Made by a program: the position numbers and the translations under genes. Below the pieces are notes generated by a model, which saw nothing but the letters and a program-made list of their open reading frames with translations, had not been told where the DNA came from and did not search any database. From positions 138,778 to 202,777 of the forward strand of contig JALMLS010000013.1 of assembly GCA_038496445.1 (NCBI GenBank): a stretch of DNA of 64,000 nucleotides. The letters are read 5' to 3'. The DNA is from Trichosphaerium sp. ATCC 40318 (lineage: Eukaryota > Protista > Tubulinea). Positions 60,862 to 64,000 of the stretch are shown here, piece after piece (within the stretch, counting starts at the first letter, position 1; every line of letters starts with the position of its first letter).

Positions 60862-63590
60862 ATGTTACAAGGCAACGGGATCGCTCCACTGGCTAAAAGG
60901 CGTAAGTACAATCAAGCTGCGAGAGCTTGTACTCGTTGTAGCCAAAAGCACTGCAAATGTGACGGACAGTTACCGTGCAGCCAGTGTAGGGATAATGCGG
61001 CTGTTTGCACCTACACAACCAAAAAAAAACCAGGTCCAAAGAAAGGTAACCGAACTCGAAGTTAAAACGATTTTTTTGACCCTAAAAGGAACGCCTAGCG
61101 CAATGCTGGCACAGGTAAATACATATAGAGCAGAAACAAGGCAATTAGAGATAGAACTAAACAATCTAAAACATTTTATGCGTCTACAAGAACACTCTAA
61201 ACAGGTAATATCATTATTCGTATAAATAAGCAGTGTTAAACGATCCTCAATTATAATTTTTTTTGTTTGTAGATTCCTGCGATTGGAAATCACTTTAACA
61301 TAAGCGCTCATATAACAAGTTATTTACGGTTCTATCGCGAAAATATATACCCATTTTATGCACGTGGCTTCGACTTTTTGAACTTTTTTTCAAAAGAGGT
61401 AATATCCTTATTGTGCGGTTGTAGGGTGTACCTGTTGATTTTTGGACCTCTGAGAGTATTCTGGGCATAATGCGTAATTCAATTGGTGAGTGTACCGAGT
61501 TCGAGTTTAAGAATAACTTTGTTACGCGTAGTATGGCTCTCAGAACCAAGGATGCTTGAAGTTTTTAGTATCCTGGCATACGGGGCACTTCAAAGAGGTA
61601 TCGGGGCACTTTTCTTAGCGTTCTGAAAAGCTCATGGTGTTGTTTTCTTAGGACAACAAAAACATTTTGGTGATTTTATGACAATTTGCGCTTTCCTTGC
61701 TGAGAACACTTGGGTAAAACTAAGCCCTCGTGTCGCTGGTACGATGATTGACACATGCCCATTTCTTACTCATCTCAATAGGTGGGTTGAGTATATTGGC
61801 TGACTTGGCTAGAGCGCAAGGACTGCCGTCTCACGAAACTTACAAAGAACAAAGTGATGGTATGAAACACCTTTTTTAAGAATAACGCCAATATCACGTG
61901 TTGCTAAACCTTTCGTAGAGATTTTATCTCAAATTATACAAAGAGGGGATAGCTTGCAAATTTCTGACAGAGACCAAAGTTATAACTCCTTGCTTTACGT
62001 TGCTGGCCAAGTCCGCAAAAAAGATTTCCCTAGAAAGTGCGAATCTTCTTGCCCTTTTCTATTCTTCTTTGGTACTAGCTCTCGAGACGCTTTATTTACT
62101 TTTTGTTTTAAGTATTGATGATATGAGCGCGTATAAACAGTGCGTAGAAATGCTTGAAAAAGATACGTATAGTGATAGCTGTAACGCTGCAACTGTTGTT
62201 AACTACGCTTATTCGAAACTTCAACTGGTTCGTCGGGGTTTTTTTACTAACGAAAGATTTTCTGGCGCGCTTCGTACGTCTAACGTGAAGTAGGTTTGCG
62301 CAGAAGCACTATTTAATAGTCATCGGAAACAACCTACAAGTGTTCAACTGACCAACAACACTAATATACTACTACCTTCACTTGTACGATAATTTATCCT
62401 GTCTCGGAAGACTTTTTTTTTTTGAAACCAAAAACCTCCGAAGCCTTTTCTTTTGTATTAACTTTTGTTTAGCCTAAAGATATTTCAGATGAACTAGAAG
62501 AGCTTACTGATAAACTTTGTTCTATAGTGGAGAATTATCCGCTACTTAATGCTAACCTTGGTAAAGTTATAAGTTTTTCAATATGGTGGTCAAAAGCAAC
62601 GTTCAGGTTTGCTTCAAATCAACCCGCACAGACATTAGAGGTTAGACAAAAACTCCGAAGGTTATCTTCAAAACTCTAACTTACTGTTTTTAAGCTGATA
62701 CATGAGTTCGCAAGGCGAAGGCATATCATAGATTTTCGGAAAACATACTTTGAATGGAATCAAGTACGTTTTGTGATATTTTTTTTTCCTTCTTGTCGCC
62801 TTCGTATTGTTCATGTTTCTTAGGTATCAAAACAATATATGAATTGCGCTCAACTATGTATAGCATGTAATGCGGAAGATGTTTTCCACGATGTAAGCGA
62901 AGAGAGAAGTTAGATTTTTTGGGTTTTTGAGTTTTCCCACACGTTCCCTTTCGAAAAAAAGGATTCAAAAAGTTTCACATTTTTTTTGATCTCCACGTGG
63001 GGTTGTGTGTAATTTTATTTTTAGATTATGCCAAAACTCACAGAAGTTGTCACAGTAGAGACGCCCTATGTCCAGAAAGCTTTCGATTCTATAGTAGAAC
63101 AGGCTATTACAGTCGGTTTCAAAGTTGGTACGTATCGGTATTGTCCATTACAAGTTGATTATTTCTGTCGTAATGTATTAATTTATTTGTAGATCATGAT
63201 CCAAGTTGGTGGTATTATCCACAATCAAGCCCACTTCATGTTGTACAGTAAAATAAACCAAATAACTTTGATATAAAGCACTCGGCAACTTGAACTAACG
63301 AATTTGCGTACTATCTCGAATGCATGCCTCGCTGAAGTATTCTGTTCGATTTTACAGATATCATGTTTCAAATAACAACTGACGAATGTGTAGATTAGAA
63401 TTTTATCTTGTGGAATTATGAATGTTGAGAGATTTATTATTTGAGTCTTTACGACAGACAAATGAAGCTAAACAATATGCAAGCGATGAATAACGTGAAT
63501 TTAATGCCTGCTCTATGCCTTTCTGATACCAAAGCAGCAGGTAGTTTACCACAAAACCAATCAAAGCGAATACCAATATTTGCTAAATAA
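60862..63590 (+). CDS. Zn(II)2Cys6 (Gal4-type) transcription factor, multi-exon (3' end approximate)
   Basis: ACTRCSQKHCKCDGQLPCSQCRDNAAVCTY..KKPGPK, followed by a coiled coil and many spliced exons. Confidence 0.82.
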
Positions 63591-64000
63591 GGAAAAGTCG
63601 TCATGTTTTTGTACAAGTGACCTAGCTCCAACGTTGTTATGACAACGGTACTTTTCAAAGAAGCTGCTACTCTTGATAACCCTTAACGGATTTAGCATAT
63701 TCTTTAAGATACTAAATGCGTACCCTTGAAGGTTGGAGCTCTCTCTGGATGTACGAAGTTTGTGATTATTTCTTCAACTAATGGCAACATTAAAACAACA
63801 TTGGATGGTCATTACTGCCTACCTATCTCTACTAACCAAATCAAGGCTAAAGAATACAAGAAAGAGAAACTTGAAAAAGGTAACATGACAGAAGCAATCA
63901 GAAGTAGTAAGGACATCTCAAGAACATTAGGAAAATTTCGGTATGCGAAATGTGGGTATTTAAATTGAAGTCGGCTATCTCCAAGAGTCCATCCCAAAAA

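Overview
AT-rich (roughly 35% GC, estimated by eye), intron-rich eukaryotic nuclear DNA. It is most likely an amoebozoan-type protist; this is inferred from GTACGT/GTAAGT donors with frequent AAG acceptors, a mitochondrial-type IscU, an FHA-kinase, a Zn2Cys6 factor and an L1/Tx1/TRE-like LINE. Spliced housekeeping genes include a two-repeat Myb, an RRM-like protein, a C-type lectin, an AP-3 mu-like adaptin, IscU, an inositol-polyphosphate kinase, a TBC RabGAP, a Chk2/Fhk-like kinase and a Zn2Cys6 transcription factor. They are interleaved with about 12 loci of a fast-turnover F-box-like arsenal: F-box + 21-22-aa 'GVHTIDLS' LRR, F-box + MORN-variant repeats, and F-box + pseudokinase. These occur as intact genes, a chimeric copy and shredded fragments, with variable LRR surfaces and repeat-unit duplications. 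Also present: a 4.6-kb non-LTR retrotransposon (19-bp TSD) inserted into an exon, with an atypical ORF1 and structured UTRs; a PIF/Harbinger-type MITE inside a Ras exon; a ~2.1-kb inverted duplication of a multi-TM gene; a candidate structured ncRNA ending in T9; and strong CACGTG over-representation. Exon boundaries were derived by hand and are unverified.
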